Origin: Tubulanus polymorphus
Taxonomy: Eukaryota > Animalia > Nemertea
Direction: 5' to 3'
DNA: 64,000 nucleotides
Assembly: GCF_964204645.1 (NCBI RefSeq)
Contig: NC_134026.1
Span: 7,773,950 to 7,837,949, forward strand
Both the position numbers and the translations under genes were made by a program. The notes under the pieces were generated by a model, which was not told where the DNA came from, ran no database searches, and saw only the letters and a list, made by a program, of their open reading frames with translations. This document shows, one piece after another, positions 62,616-64,000 of this stretch. How positions within the stretch are numbered: the stretch's first letter is position 1; every line of letters starts with the position of its first letter.

Positions 62616-64000
62616 TGAATTCCAATATTTGATGAATTTTCATTATAGATGATTTGTTTATTATCAAAATTTAAATAAAATAGTTGTCGTTTTTCAATTC
62701 ATAAGTCTATATCATTGTAACCTTTAGAAAGTATTAAATCGTCATTTCTTTCATTAAAAGGAATTTCAAGAATATTTACAATTTTATTCATCTAAATTAC
62801 CTTCATAATTTAAAACTGTATTAAATACTTTAGGATTTTTGACGCCATTATCTAAAAAGTATCTATAAGTTCAGTAATTAAATATGTTTCATCTAATGAT
62901 ATTTGATTAATTACAGTAATATTATCAATTCTATGTTGTCTTCCATACACTAAATTTGTTGCTAAGATATAATTTTTAATGTTAAATAATGAAAATAAGT
63001 TATTAGTTTCTTTTATTTCGATTTCAAATTTAGTTTCTTCTTCTTCCGGTGGTTAAAGTTCCTTAACCAGTGGTTAAAACCTTTATCCACTGGTTAGCCT
63101 CTTTTTCATTTGCCCAGCCTCACTCTGAAATTGGTCCCTCATATCATCAAAATGCAGTCTGTTTTGATTAATAATGGTAAGAAAATTTTAAAAGCCAATT
63201 TTACAGAAAAATATTGCAATGCTTGGTTGAAATGTTATATTCTAGCGTGACTTCTACATCTGTGGCCCCTTGCGTAAAAGTTGATCAGCTATAAAGTTTA
63301 TCCCATCTCTTTTCAAGACGCAATCTTTCTCTTAAACATTCATCCGAAAATTGATTTAGATGCTCGAATCACTGTAGATTTACTCTGTTGTAGCCGAATG
63401 CAGGCAGTAAAAAACTACGCTGGCCATTTTAACCACTGGTTAAGAACTTAACATCCATAGCCCCATGGGTCATAACTTTAAACAATGGTTAGGGTAAATT
63501 TTTGAGCAACCCGATCAAACCGACGGTTAACCAACCTTTGAGCAACCGGCCCCTGCATGCTTACTCGAGTGCGATAACCATTATAATTACATTTGCTAAA
63601 ATGTTGGCTATAAGATAACAATCGGGTAAGTACGGTGGTAACAATGGACTTAGATTGTCACTAGGTTGACCAACTTTTTGAGCAACTGCAGCTCCGAACA
63701 TAAATGACCGACAAAGAGTGGAAGATTATGTCGGTGAGGTCTAATGAAAACATGGCATTATTCTGTAAAATGATGTTTTCTCGGAATGTAGGAAAAATGG
63801 CCGAGGTATTCACCTATGGGAAATAAATGGCCAAGGTAATTCATGAGATGAAACTAACTACTGGCCAAGTCCAATATGCAGCATTATAGTGCAGAGCTCA
63901 GACCACTATTCCAAAATCTTGTATATCCTATAGTAAAAACAAGAAATTCGAGATTTTAGTTCATATCTAAGCGCATAGATTCAGGGGAAATCCTGCTTAT

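Larger units (their letters stand above)
45426..64000. repeat. Tandem segmental duplication carrying GPCR genes; units start near 45426, 48918 and 58304 and continue past the window end
   Basis: TAGGGGATGACTGCAC anchor, GPCR CDS, MITE and 48395/57786 blocks repeated at high identity. Confidence 0.9.

Overview
Eukaryotic (invertebrate animal, probably lophotrochozoan-like; inferred) genomic DNA. 1-23 kb is gene-poor: MITEs, minisatellites, one tRNA-Arg(ACG) gene, decayed hammerhead motifs and a possible TATA-driven two-exon micropeptide/lncRNA gene. 23-30 kb is a compact housekeeping cluster: MRPL15 (-, 4 exons) head-to-head with RBM8A/Y14 (+, 2 exons), then convergent PITHD1 (-, 6 exons). 30-43.4 kb is a nested transposon block: a decayed BEL/Pao LTR retrotransposon (ATTAC TSD) whose left LTR is split by a 5'-truncated Crack/L2-group LINE (open APE-RT ORF2; ORF1 with CCHC knuckles plus SGNH esterase). 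Inside the BEL element, a duplicate of the PITHD1 promoter and first codons sits between the right LTR and gag. 45.4-64 kb is a tandem array of intronless class A GPCR genes (3 copies visible). Unit 2 carries a Penelope element with a minimal hammerhead ribozyme. Units 2 and 3 both carry an AT-rich island of packed small ORFs (CxCGGKY..H..H zinc ribbon, C2H2 finger, membrane protein) that looks like an endogenised DNA-virus/Polinton-like fragment. All calls were made by eye; no database searches were run.
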